A stretch of DNA of 64,000 nt from Azolla caroliniana (taxonomy: Eukaryota; Plantae; Polypodiophyta): contig JBHGNT010000012.1 of the NCBI GenBank assembly GCA_043228905.1, positions 5,332,001 through 5,396,000 on the forward strand, read 5' to 3'. The translations under genes were made by a program, and so were the position numbers. Position 1 is the stretch's first letter. Each line of letters starts with the position of its first letter. Positions 12,901-25,992 of the stretch are shown here, one piece after another. The notes beneath the pieces were generated by a model. That model was not told the origin of the DNA. It ran no database searches and was given only the letters and a program-made list of their open reading frames with translations.

Positions 12901-14791
12901 AGAAGCACAACAGACGAAGCGGAGAACGAAGACCATTCCTACGGAGATCCTCACACCGATCCGGCGGTCGGCCCGAGAGCCGGGGTGAGTCCTATAGGAG
13001 AGGATGGTGGTGGCAGGAGAACGGGACCCGACAATCCAGAGAATGGCGGAGCGGACTTCCGGATAACCGATCCGGGAGGGAGGATAGAGCAAGCCTACGG
13101 AGAGGCCGAGAGAACGGTACTTCGGTACCACGAGAGAGGGTGTGGAGCGAGCCACCCTCTTGATATGCGGAGAAGGAAAGACCCGGGATAAGTGTCCGAA
13201 ATACGACAAGCTCGAGGAGGATCCTTCACACCTGTTCTAAAGAACTGGCGGTCGGCCCGAGAGCCAGCGTGAGACCTAGAGTATTGAACGGTGGCGGCGA
13301 GGGGACGAAGGCAAAGGACTGAGGGTGGGCGGTTTGCGGAGATCCTCACACCAATCTGGCGGTCGGCTCGAGTGCCGGCGTGAGTCCTATAGGAGAGATC
13401 AGTGGCGGAAGGTGAACGTGATCGGATGACGAAGGCAGAACGACAAGGAGGTATCAGGCCGGCGAGGCGGCCACAAACCACAACTGGACCTTCCGGCAAG
13501 GTCAAAGGAAAGAGGAGGAACAAAGACCGGTCCTATGGGATCCTCACACTAATCTAGAGACACCGGCAGTTCGAGGCGACATGGCAACATGAGCCCGAGT
13601 GTGAAGGATGGTGGTGGCGGGAAACAGGAACCGACGATGCAAGAAGAGCGGGCCGGGGGCTGGCAAGGCTGGAGTTGACAAGGGCCGAACCCTTACCGGC
13701 TGGTTACGATTTCAGAGGAAAGCCGATAAGGGGCTAGCTGAGCGGAACAAGAGAGGTGTGAGTGGCCATCAAGGGCCGAAGCAAGCACGAGTACGGACGA
13801 CGTTCGGCACAGGTGGTGTCGAACTAGATAGACAGGAAACACCACACGGCACACGAGGTACGCAAGGAGTGGCATCTGGCGAGCAATCGAAGTAACCGAG
13901 GGGTCTAACCGAAGGACATGCACGGCGAGCGAAGGAAGAGTGACCGGGTCGGAAACGATGTTTGGGAGGGCCGGTCGAAGGAGAAGGTGCGTGCAACGGA
14001 CGTGGTGGGCCGGTAAGGAGCCGACAAGATGGATCGGCGCCAGCAAGCAGCCGGAAAGACGGTCAGGTGTCGGGCGGGTGAAGAACCCGGTTGATCACCA
14101 TTGTCGAAATATCTCACTCTTTTCCTTTCTTGGCACATACCAGTGGATGCGCGGTTTGGTGGGGGTGGATGTCGTGAAGATTTCCGGCTACGGTGTGAAA
14201 CCGGGGGTGAAAAGGGCAAATCGGTGGTGTGCAACATGTGCACATGTATAGTAGGGAAACAATGTATAGAATAAGGGGGAGTATTGATCCCACATTGTAA
14301 CGTCTCTCCCTCCTTGGGCTATAAAAGGAAGGGAGGGGTCTCTTGTAAGGGGTTGCTCATTTTGAGTCGTAAGGGTATACCATTTTGTAGAGGGTCGTTT
14401 TGTTAAGAATTTCTAGGGTTAGTAACTGTCTTGTGGTTCTCTTCTTCTTCTCCTTCTTGAGAAGCTGGGCGCAGTAGCCATGGCGTCAAAGCTTTGTTAG
14501 GGTTAACGTTTTTTCTTCTGAGCATAGCCCAACTCGAAACCGGGGTTGTATCTCTCCTTTGTAATATATACGCTTGTATCTATCTGTGCATATTGGTGTA
14601 TCCAGTGGTGTCGGGAGTATAACCCTTCGTTCCCTGTGCATAAGAGTCGGTGTCGTGCGCACACTCTCTCTCTCGTGTTTGGTTGCCTCCGGGTCGTGTC
14701 TGGAGTTGGTTTTCATGGCATGCCTTTTTCCCTCGTTCGAGACCCCCGTGGTTCCGCCCCTTTCTACACGCACGCGTGTAATAAAACGACA
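9954..14791 (+). mobile_element. Non-autonomous LTR element D (degenerate gag-like region, no recognisable pol)
   Basis: LTRs 9954-11055 (interrupted by E) and 14170-14791 (TGTCG..CGACA), 4-bp TSD ACGG, PBS TGGTGAACCCGAC at 11060, PPT-like ggtgggggtgga. Internal region is GC-rich with dispersed repeats. Confidence 0.88.
9999..10483 (+). mobile_element. Solo LTR, family E, inserted in the 5' LTR of D
   Basis: TG..CA ends, TSD AAAAG (9994-9998, 10484-10488). The segment is absent from D's 3' LTR. It shares gtccctc.ggatgggaag and cgtggtttt..cc motifs with other E copies. Confidence 0.92.
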
Positions 14792-17700
14792 ACGGGTTAC
14801 TGATGGATATCGTGAGTGATCGAGATCCAAAGTTTACTAGCGACGTTTGGACGCAAGTCTTTAAGAAGTTAAAAACTGCATTGAGCATGAGCTCCACGGA
14901 TCATCCTCAATTCGATGGACAGACAGAATGAGTAAATCAAATTATTGAGGACATGCTTCATGCATACGTTGGTGCAAAACCAACAAAATGGGAACATTAT
15001 CTCCCAAAATTAGAGTTTTCTTAACAACTCCAAGCATACATTGACGGGATATAGTCCTTTTATGTTGATGTATGGTTTTCAGCCACAAGCCCCGATTGAT
15101 GTTACTATACATCATGATGAATTGCAAAGTACGCAAAACTATATGCAAGATATGTTGCATATTGCACGAGATAATATAAAAACAGTTCAAGATAGAACCT
15201 CGTGTATTCAACCCTGGACAGAAGGTATTTTTATGCGTACCTCACAATTCTAAGACATTGTCTAAGGGTAAGTGCACTAAGTTAGCCCAACGGTTTTATG
15301 GACTTTTTACAATTCTCAAACACATTGGTTCATTAGCCTATCGTCTTGCTCTTCTTGATGGCGTTGAAATCCATCCAGTTTTTCATGTAAGTCGACTAAA
15401 AGAACTTCTTGGTTTTGGCGATAATACAATTACGATTGGAATTCTGGTTATTCTGAAGAATTATCTTCTAAACCACATGTGCTAGAGAGAATTCTTGATG
15501 TTAAAACGAAACATTTGCATTCTAAAATAATCCGACAATTTAAAATTAAATGGATGGATAAGTCTATACAAGATGCTACATGGATGCTACATGGGAACGA
15601 GAAAACACTGTTAAAACTAACTTCCCTAACTTTTCATTGCAAGAGTGTAATGTTTTAAAGAGGGGGAGTATGTTACGGGCATGAGCATATAATATCCCGT
15701 GGTAAGATTGTACCGTAGTATTCTATACACGTGGATAAAGTGTGAGGGTTAAACGAGAGTGTAAAGAAGGGAAGGTTTACTTTTAATCCTTGGGATTGGG
15801 ACACCTATTAAGGCCAAGTGTAAACTTGCCTGGGGGCCTTAAGTCTGGCTATAAATATGAGGCCTAGCTACCCTCATTTAACACATTATCGACTACGTCG
15901 AGACTTGGTCCTTGTGGTGGATCAACTCTTGTAGCGAGCGCACTAGTACCAGGTATGACTCGATGCCACGGTGGTATGGGACGCTAATCGAGGCTTGAGT
16001 CCGTCTCGATCCCTTCACTCGGGGGTGGTTAGGTGGATCGACACCCTTCTTTCTCTCCCTCTCCTCTCTTATCTATTTATCTATATTATCCTTATCATAT
16101 GCTTACATTAGTAGCTAGCTCTAACAATGATAGTGTTGAAGCCCACTTCTTCGAGGGAATGTCTCAAAAAGCCGGCCGAAGAGGAGAAACGACCGACAAC
16201 TGTCGAAGTCAAGGATGTTGAATGCCTACTGCACCCACAACAGGAAGGTCGGCCACAATGTCTCCGATTGTTGGTCATTAAATAAGAAAAGAAATGGTCA
16301 AAATTTTGATTGGAATACAAGCTCTTCTGATTCAAACCATTCTTCAACCAGCAACCAAATAAATGTTGTTGAATCCTACTTGGAAGAGGTCCTCTCACTT
16401 GAAGGCTCGTCGACCGAAGAGATCCTGTACAGTGCACAAACATGGCTGCTCGACTCGGGCGCCACATTTCGCGTAATCCCCCATAGAGAATGGTTCTCAA
16501 ACTATTCCATTGGCGCCGGATCGGTCCAACTTGGCAACGGGCAAGAGTGCCGAATTGTCGGAATAGGCGAAATACCCATTCGACTACTAAATGGAAGCCT
16601 CATCACCCTGCACCTTGCCCGACGTGTACCCGATGTGAAGAGGAGTTTTATCTCCATCGGCATGTTAGCCAAAGACGGGTACAAGATGACACTAAGTGAG
16701 TCATCATGGCACATTACAAGAGGAAATCTCTGAATCGGCCATGGTGTAAAATACAACAACTTGTACCCACTCACAATGATCAGTTGGAAGGGATCACTAA
16801 ATGTAGCCGAATTGCCGACATCTTCATCGTGGCACGACCGACTCAACCATATGTCAAAAGCTAGGTTTGAACGTCCCTTGGCAATCGACTACATCCCGAA
16901 GCTCAACCATGTTGAGTTCAACTTTTGTGCACATTTCCAATACGAGAAGTAGACGCGAAGTTCTCACTCAACTCATTATGAGGTTGTACGAAAGTCACTG
17001 GAGCTGATTCACACTAATATATGTGGGTCGATGATCGAATGGTCTTTAGGCGGCGCGCGGTGCTTCATCACATTCGTAGATGATTGTACTTGCAAGATAT
17101 GGGCTTATTCAATCAAGTCCAAGGACGAAGTGCTCAAAGTTTTTGCTCGGTGGCTAACCGAAGTCGAAAACTGATTTGGCCACAAAGTGAAGATGCTACT
17201 GTCGAACAACGGTGGTGAATACACCTCTAGATCCTTTGACAAGTACATGTCCGAAAGAGGGATCACACATCAATAGACCGTTCCCTACAACTCGATGCAG
17301 AACGGTGTAGCCAAGTGAATGAACCAGAAGATCCAAGAGAGAGTAACGGCAATGGTCCAACAATCAAGACTAATGCTAGAATTTTGGGCCGAAGCATTGC
17401 AGACGACAGAATATTTGATAAATTTATTGCCGTCGAAAGCAATTAAGCTTCAAGTGCCACAGGCACTATAGTCGGGCTTGCATCCAAGCTACGATTGACT
17501 TTGCACATTCGGGTGCAAAGCTTATGCTCACATACCATGTGAGAAAAGGACAAAGCTAGCCCCCCATTTGAGAAAATGCATTTGTCTTGGATACGGGACG
17601 GACCGGAACTTCAGCTATCGACTATGGGACCTAGAGATTAGAAAGTTGGTTCGACACATCGACGTAGTCTTCAATGAAGACTCCATCAGCTCGGTCCGAA

Positions 17701-20479
17701 AACAACCTCGAGCCGGAAAGAGAGTTAGTTTTGAGTATTCTTTGATCGAGTTAGAGGACAAAATGCTAGAAGCCGAAGCCGAAGCCGAACCGACTAGTTA
17801 GTCCACCAATTGGGCCGAATGCACAATCGCAGAGAAAACTCCGAGTAACATGCCGACTGACCGAATTGAACCAACGACGACACATGCACCTTATGATTCC
17901 CTCATGGGAACGAGCTTGTCAAACAACCCCGAAGTAGAAGTATATCCTTCTACAAGATCCCCGTCAAACAAGGGCTCAAAACATGCCGACTGAACACCCG
18001 TACCGGTCGAAAAAGTTGAACCAACATCATTGGCACTGAGGAGATCAAGACGACTTTGAAAGCCGACAGAGTTTGATCAACCGGGCTACACAGATGCAAG
18101 AGAACCGAGCTCATATGAAGAAGCCATTACTGCGTCGGATGCCAACACATGACAAAAATCCACGTTATCCGAAATGGAATCGATTAAGGAAAATGACACA
18201 TGGGAGTGGTCAAATTACCAGCCAATAGGAAGCTGCTACCTCGCAGATGAGTATATAGATACAAATACATATATGGTTCAGATCAACCGAAGTACAAATC
18301 TCGACTCGTCGCCAAGGGATTTAAACAAGAACATGGACTTGACTACGATGAGATCTTCTATCGCGTAGTCAAGATGACGAACCTTCGACTCTTACTAAGA
18401 GTTGTCACGACCAAATATCTAGAGCTTGAGCAATTGGACGTAACGACAACTTTCTTACATGGAGATCTAGAAGAAGACGTCTATATGTCTCAACTGGCAG
18501 GGTTCATGGTGACGGGGAGAAAGGTCACCTTGTATGTCGACTAAAGAAAAGCCTTTACGGTTTAAAGCAAGCGCCGAGGATGTGGTACCAAAAGTTTGAT
18601 CCCTACATTTGGCAGCTTGGATACAACCGGTTCGATTCCAACCCATGCATGTACATTTGGCAATTAGCCAACGAGTTCCGGATCAACCTGATCCTTTATA
18701 TTGACGACATGCTTATCGTAGGTAATGATAGAGCTGAAATCGGGAAGTTAAAATGACAACTTTATGAGAAATTCTCAATGAAGGAACTCGGAAAGGCGTG
18801 ACACATCTTGGGCATGAGGATAGAGCGAAACAAGATGAAGAAGATCCTACAGCTCTCCCAATCCGATTATATCCATAAGGTGATGAGAAGGTTCAACATG
18901 GATCAATCAAAACCTACACTAACACCGCTCTTGACATCGATAGATAGAGATTCTCCCTTCACAAAGGTAGAGAAAGAGCTCATGAGCAAAATACACTACC
19001 CATCGGCCATAGGAAGTCTCATGTATGCGATGGTGGCCACATGCCCCGACCTTTGCCTATGCCGTAGGAGCCACCAGCCACTACATGTCTAATCCCGAAA
19101 AGAAACACTAGGAAGTAGTGAAGCACATATTTCATTAAATTCGGGGAACCAAAAATATGTAGCTGACATTCAGATCAGACCATCCGACCGAAGTCAAAGG
19201 CTTCACCGACTCCGACTATGCCAAAAACCTCGACAATCATAAGTTGACTTCAGGCTACATTTTCACCTACGGAATGGAGCAATCTCGTGAAGGTCGAAGC
19301 TCCAAGAATGTACGACACTCTCCACCACAAAGGTTGAGTACATTGCCATGTCAGAGGCAGCAAAGGAAGCAACTTGGTTGCAATGACTGTTGGCTGATTT
19401 TTCGATAAATAGCCGAATCAACCATCCCGCTTTGACCTTATACTACGACTCTTAGAGTGCAATTCACCTTATATGGAATCATGTTTATCATGCAAAGAAG
19501 AAACATACTGAGGTGAGGTATCATCACATCCGGGCGCTCATCACCGACAAAAAGCTCAAAGTCTAGAAGATTGATATAGAGGCGAACATCGTCGATTGCC
19601 TAAAGAAGTCGCTCCCAAATCATTTCTTCAATGCACTAAGGAGAGAAATGGGACTACAACATGCAAAGGAGAATGGAAAACCTGAATCAGACGAAGTTGG
19701 AGAAGAACTCGAGTCAAGAGCCGGAAAGGCCAAAAGGGTCGAGTCGAGCACCAAGCTGAAGAGGGCGGATGGTCAAAGGGCCGAAAGGATCGAAGAGCTA
19801 GAGGAGCCGACCGAGCCGACTCGACTACTCCCGATTCGAAAAACAAATCTCAGCTTGTATATTCTAATTGTAATTTAAATTCAAACTGTATTTAATTCAC
19901 AGAGGAGATTACCCCTACACTTGTAACAATTAAAGTAGTCCTTTTATGGGTGAGTTTGTTCGGCTAAAGGTTGCACTCTACCCACTTGTATCCTAGAGTG
20001 AACACACTTATTAAGTTAGGGCTTAGTCACCTCAACTATAAATAAGGGGAACTAACTCATTGTATGCAATTTTGGTGGGATTTGAATAGCAACAATTTCT
20101 TCTTGATCCATAATTGTGTAACTATCTCTCATCTTCTTTCTTGTATTTTCTTGTTGTTGTGATTGAACAATGCACCACACCTTCACTTGATACATGCTTG
20201 CCAAGTTCCATTAAACAAGATCCATATTATTCTGCATAAGTTGGCATACCATCACATAGTTGCGGACAAATACACATCTAGTGTGAACATGCATGTAAAG
20301 AGGGGGAGGGATGTTTTTTTACTAGCTTAAATTATTGGTCAAGTTCTTTATGGTACAACTCGGGGTATGAGAGATGGGTTGTAGTTTAATGGTCACTATA
20401 GAGCCTCATCAGAAGTACACATAGGTTGGTTGAAAGGAAATGGACCTTGTCCACATAGGAATTGCCTTTACGTCACTTG

Positions 20480-21032
20480 TGTTGGGAAAACAAGTCCCTC
20501 TGGATGGGAAGAAGAGAACGAACCAAATCGGAAATAAAAAATCGACAAATCGAATATTTTAGAGCCGATTCAAGTGACTATATTTGTTAATAGTCTTAAT
20601 GTGCCTCTTATGGGCTATATCTGTAAATAGCCCAGAAAGTTGTATTAGTATATATACAACTAGGGCAAACTTTATGGTTGTTGTAGTGGACCATTGTTGT
20701 AGAGTTACTGATGAGGTCGTTGCCTCTATAACTGTGTGTGAGAGAGTGAGAGTTAATGAGTGTCTACTCTATAACCGTTTGTCCATCGGACGAAGAAGAT
20801 CTTGAGGTTGTTGCCTCAAATTTTCTCAGTGTACTTCCTCTCGATATAGTGTACAGTTTGGAGTTGGTTGACTCCCGTGGTTTTCCCTTTCGGGTTTCTA
20901 CATTAAAATACTTGTGTCTCTCTATGTTTTCGTTTCTGCTCTTCAATTTTCTGTCTGTGCATTATCTTGCTCGTTCCTTTGAATCCGAATATGTATACGA
21001 GAAACCGGTTGCGGATAGTAATGATCCTTACA
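20480..21032 (+). mobile_element. Solo LTR, family E
   Basis: TGTTGGGAAAAC..CTTACA, TSD ACTTG (20475-20479, 21033-21037), homologous to 9999-10483. Confidence 0.9.
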
Positions 21033-23644
21033 ACTTGGTGTTACAACACTTAGAGGCTTTACCTTGCCATAAGATCCTCACTATCTTACTAATAGGGATA
21101 ACCGAAGTTTTTTTGTATTATGATGTTGTTTTAATGTACACACTACTTTTATGGAAAACAAAGAGAGATGATATTGGTGCTATTGAGAACATTTCAACCA
21201 AGGTATCCTTGGTTGGTAAAAGGCACAAACTACAAGTGGATCATGTCTTTCTTAACATCGCTCCTATGTTTGGTAAAGAGCATGGATATGGACCTACGTG
21301 GAATGGGTTGGTGTGTTCAACTTGGAGAACTTATGAAAGCCTTAATTGCTTCACATTGTACCATGAAATGCTCGTCATCCTCAATCTCCTCATTTCATCA
21401 AACACAACTTGTTTATCATTGTAAAGAGAGAGAACGTAGTTGGTGCTGTGCAACGGAAGCAAACTCTGTGTGTGTGCACGTAAGGCAAAACAAAGAGAGA
21501 GAGCTCAGAACAAGAAGTTGTATTAGAAAAATATGATTACATCCAATAGTAACTAAGTTACAAGGAGTTGGTTTAAATACCAACTAGTCTAGGGCAAGTG
21601 CCCTTTCTACTAATTACAAAACTAGCCTAGTATGATGTCCACTGGCTAGTGTGAACACTATCTCTATGGGAAGTTGAGTTTGATTCTCAACACACCCCTT
21701 CGAACACAACTTTGGATGTCAAAAAGTTGGTTTGGTTCGATCCTAAAAAATCTTCGATTCATTTGAATTTATTTTCGGAAGGTTAGTCGAGACTGCTTTG
21801 ACTGTTCGGGAGCTTCGTGCTCCTTGTACAACTCAATTATCATCGTACTTTGACTCCTTTGGTCAGCATCAATCGGATGATAAGCTATTGTTCGACTTCA
21901 GCTGCTGTACTCCCCCTCAAGCTCGGGTGGTTGGTGATCAAGAGGCCAAGGTTCATTGCGAACTATCGCAGCTTGTCGATACCCAAGGCTTTTGTGAAGA
22001 TGTCGGCCACCTGAAGATTCATGATGATACGTTGTAAATCGACATCTCCAGACTAAACACGCTCTCGGATGAAGTGATAATGCACTTTGATATGCTTAGT
22101 TGACACGTGGAATACAGGGTTCTGAGCCAGGTAGATAATGGTCATGTTGTCACAATATAGGAGAATCAGATCCTTGAAGGGAACACCCTGATTCTTTAAT
22201 AAGCGCATCAACTAGACGACCTCGCATGCGGCGACTGCCACACCCATGTATTCGGCCTCTGTGCTCGACAATGCGACTGTTGGCTGCTTTTTGCTACTCC
22301 AGGAGATTGCGTTGCTGCCGAGGGAGAAGACGAATTCTGACGTTGACCGTCTATCGGCCTTATAGTCGGCCTGGTTCTCATATGTGTACCCTTCGAGCCG
22401 AATTATCGTATCCGACTTGTACAAGATGCCGAAATCCATCGTCCCACGGATGTACCTAAGTATTCTCTTAACGAAATCGAGATGAACATTCTGTTCCCGA
22501 ATGGACATCGAGTTTGAGGTTTCGATCGAGGGGGGTAGACACAGGTTTGCACTTAGTCATCCCGAACTTGTAGAGTAAGTTGAGAATGTACTATCATTGA
22601 GTGATCAATATCTTGACTGGTGTCCGAATTACTTCAATACCGAGGAAGTAGTGGAGCTCGTGCATGTCTTTCATTTCGAATCTGCCGGATAGGAGCGTTT
22701 TGACCTTGTTAATGTCAGCAAGATCCTTTCCTCCGATGACTAGATCATCCACATAAAGGATGATGACAATCGGGTTGTTCGACTCGTTTCGGATGTATAT
22801 GGAGTTGTCTAATTTCGACATTCGGAAGCCGATTTGGTGAAGACATTGGGTGATCTTCGAATGACAAGCATGTGGTGCTTGCTTGAGATCATACAATGGT
22901 TTCTTGAGTTGGCAGATTGCTTTTGGGTGTTTGCTCGATTCGAAACCAGGTGGTTGAATCATGAAGACCTCATCTTCTAATTCACCTTGTAGGAAGGCAT
23001 TCTTTACGTCCATTTGGTGGAGGCACCGCCCTTTTGCAGTTGCGAGAGCAATGACTGTCTGAACAGTCGTCATCTTTGCCACCGGGGCAAAGGTCTCCGC
23101 ATAATCGACTCCGTGTGTTTGGGCATATCCCTTCCCTACGAGTCTGGCCTTGAAGCAATTTACCGAGCCATCGACATTATATTTTACTTTATATAGCCAC
23201 CTGCAGCCGATCGCTTTCTTATGTGGAGAATGGGGGACGAGATCCCATGTCTCGTTTTTGCAAAGAGCCTGCATTTCGTCATTCATGGGTTCAATCCATC
23301 ATGGATCCTTGGTTGCCTCGGAAAAGGTTTCCAGTTCTCGGACTATCGCCATCTTCATCATAAAGGCATACTGATATGCCATATACTCATCATAGCCAAA
23401 TCCGCTAACCGGGTTTTTCTCTCGGGTGGAGCGATGAAGCTTCTCGTTGGCAAAGACTGAGGCTTTCTTTGTTCCATTTGTCCGTATGATTGGGATGTCA
23501 AGGCCTTTGAACTCACTGTCAAGGGAGTGAGTTGACTCGTTTTCGATTTGAGCTTCGTATTCCGGTATTTTGGCCTTCCCTTTGTCTAGCTTCAGACTCA
23601 GTCGAGATGTGCTTTGGTCACTCGGGGCTCCTGTGGTCCACTCG

Positions 23645-23850
23645 GTCAAGTCTTAATCAGACTTTCTTCGAGCATGTGCCTCATGTCAAGTCTTAATCAA
23701 AATTTCTTCGAGCATGTGCCTCATGTCAAGTCTTAATCAGACTTTCTTCGAGCATGTGCCTCATGTCAAGTCTTAATCAAAATTTCTTCGTGCATGTGCC
23801 TCATGTCAAGTCTTAATCAGACTTTCTTCGAGCATGTGCCTCATGTCAAG
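23645..23850. repeat. 40-bp tandem repeat x5 with alternating A/B variants
   Basis: Unit gtcaagtcttaatca(gac/aaa)tttcttcgagcatgtgcctcat starts at 23645, 23685, 23725, 23765 and 23805. Confidence 0.95.
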
Positions 23851-23879
23851 TTTCGAATAGTTTGATTCACGAAAGGATA

Positions 23880-24540
23880 TGCTGAAATACCCAACTCTTT
23901 TGGAAATAGGAAAATCAACACAGTAGACAAAATACACACTGCACAACGTTTTACGTGGAAAACCCTAAAAGGGAAAAAACCACGGCAACAAAGATTCAAC
24001 TATATACAAGAGAATACAAGATGAGCTCAGAATACAAACTCTCCACACATAGTGTATCAGCCTCACAGGGCTCTTGGCGTTAAACCTCACTCGACTATGG
24101 CGCCGCTCTGATTTTTCACTCACACACTCTCTCTTCTCTGTTGCACTCTCGACATTGCTACAACTAATATGTTTGCCCTACGTGTATTTATACTTATACA
24201 CTTTGTGAGCTATTTACAAATGTAGCCACTGCTACTATCATTCCAATTATTATACTAATTAACAATAATAATTGATCAACCTACTAATCTGACAACTATC
24301 GGGTTAGTCCGACTAATCGGCCTGGTCATTGACCATCCGGTCGGCCCGACTAGCCGGTCGTGTCTTCGACCTCGATCACCTCTTGTCGACTCTCTCTCCT
24401 AGTCGACTCTCCATGTTGACTCTCTCAAAGTCGACTCTTCGATTGTCGGTTCGCATCTGACTTGTCAGCTGCTCCCTGTCTTTGATTGTCGACTATGCTG
24501 AACAATCGACTCCTCCCACTAGAGGGACATATTCATAATA
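23880..24540 (-). mobile_element. Solo LTR, family E-related, in Copia F; left flank lost in a deletion
   Basis: Reverse-complement E motifs (ggaaaaccctaaaagggaaaaaaccacg; cccactagagggacat). Host integrase resumes at 24541. No TSD pair; left end approximate. Confidence 0.7.
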
Positions 24541-25477
24541 TCGAGAAGTCGTTGATGAACAAGACATAATATCGGCAACCACCAAATGTTGTCGTCTGGA
24601 CTGGTCCCCACATATCTGAATGTACTACATCCAGGATCCCTTTGCTCACATTCCTCTATTTCGGGAATGGTTGTCGTTGCTGTTTGCCGAATTGGCAAGC
24701 TTCACATCCACCAACCATCTCCTTTTCGGTAAATGTTGGGATTCTGATTACGACTGCATTCCTTTAAGCTTTTGGAGATTGATGTGGCCATTTCGCTTAT
24801 GCCACAGTTTCAAGTCGGTGTTGACTTTGAGACCTTTGGCGAACATAGCCAACTTCACCTCGTTCAATTCGAGGATGAACATTCGGCCTTCTCTTCGATC
24901 GTGAGCGATTAATCCGCCTTCTTTCTCAATAAAGCACCCGTCATTATTGAATTGTACTTGCATGCCTTGTTCAACAATCTGGTCGACTGAGACCAAGTTT
25001 TTCGTGATGGTTGGGACATGCAAGACATTCTTGAGGTAGGTTTGTTTGCCGTAATTCCCGAATGGGACATTTTCGATATGCCAAATCGAGTGAGTTGTGT
25101 CATCTCCGGTTTCGTCATAGTCGGGTCGATCATGCTTTCTTAACTCTCGAAACCAATCTTTGTGAGAAGTCATATGATTGGATGCTTCAGAGTCTACAAA
25201 CCATACATCTTGTGAGGATGAGGTGCTAGTCGGATCCTGTGCCGACATCGAATGAGCTTTGTGCCTCATTACGAACATTCCGCCATGGTCGTCATAATTG
25301 GAATTCGTGGTGTAATTTGTGAGTTGTCGGTTGGTCGAAGCTGACTTTCGCTTCTTCTTTTGGCACTCCTCTTCATAGTGACTGAGTTTTCCACAATACC
25401 TGCATTCGATCGGGTTGTTGTGATGGCTTGGTTCGGCGGGATGGCTCCCCCTTCTTCTGAACTCCCTAGGATTGTTC

Positions 25478-25992
25478 TATGCGGAAATAGTGCTCGGCCA
25501 CAACCGAGTCTAAATCACTCAATGGAAGAAAACAGAAAAGAGGAATAACATGACACATGATGTTAACATGGAAAACCCTAAAAGGGAAAAAACCACGAGA
25601 GCCCACAGACTCCAACTATCACTATGAGAGGAATGATACAACATGAGACTCAGAGACAACGACCTCGAGCTCTGTCTTCGCCAACCAGCGGTTACAATAG
25701 AAAAGCTTTCTATATCTCTCTCGCTCTCTCTCTGTATCTCTGTATAACGATAATGATAATGAACCCTTGTATAAAGTGATTGCCTTAAGTCATATTTATA
25801 CTTATATGACTTTAGGACTATTTACAAATCTGGCCATGACAGGCACTCTAGAAACATATTTACAGATATTTCCCTGGATCCGGTTCACATCGGATTCATC
25901 TGGATACCTTCCGAATCCATCCGGTCCGGTTCCTTCCTTCGGCTCGTCTGGTTCTCATCCGGATCCCATCCGGAGGGATCGAATTCCCAACA
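25478..25992 (-). mobile_element. Solo LTR, family E-related, in Copia F gag
   Basis: TSD TGTTC (25473-25477, 25993-25997). Ends cccatccggagggatcgaattcccaaca, the reverse complement of the E start. Confidence 0.88.

Larger units (their letters stand above)
9604..16126 (+). mobile_element. Ty3/Gypsy chromovirus-like element C, deleted from within the 5' LTR to the integrase
   Basis: Truncated 5' LTR 9604-~9719 matches the 3' LTR 15671-16126. TSD ATGAT (9599-9603, 16127-16131); PPT agggggagta. Integrase WVVVDRLTKMARF...IVSDRDPKF, IHPVFHVS, and a chromodomain remnant (ERILDVK...KW). Confidence 0.9.
4277..20289 (+). mobile_element. Degenerate Ty1/Copia element A (Tnt1-like), split into 4277-4526, 9491-9603 and 16132-~20289 by nested insertions
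   Basis: gag LWEKLQSVY...LIRQLFNMKM continues across both insertions. Also CxxCxxxGHxxxDC knuckle, protease WLLDSGAT, GAG-pre-integrase WHDRLNH, integrase, RT (YIDDML) and RNase H with many stops. PPT-like gaagagggcgga precedes a putative 3' LTR from ~19770. No matching 5' LTR found; the right boundary is approximate. Confidence 0.85.

Noticed and set aside
10481-13523. Long antisense ORFs (250, 226, 300 aa)
   Set aside because: Expected by chance in GC-rich TE sequence; some span LTR junctions.
20298-20320. PPT-like agagggggaggga followed by TG (start of an older LTR)
   Set aside because: No partner LTR, end or TSD could be identified.
20756-21536. 222-aa and 122-aa ORFs as host genes
   Set aside because: They cross solo-LTR and LTR boundaries and have no recognisable domain.
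23645-23850. Possible CRISPR array
   Set aside because: Head-to-tail repeats without unique spacers, eukaryotic context, no cas genes.
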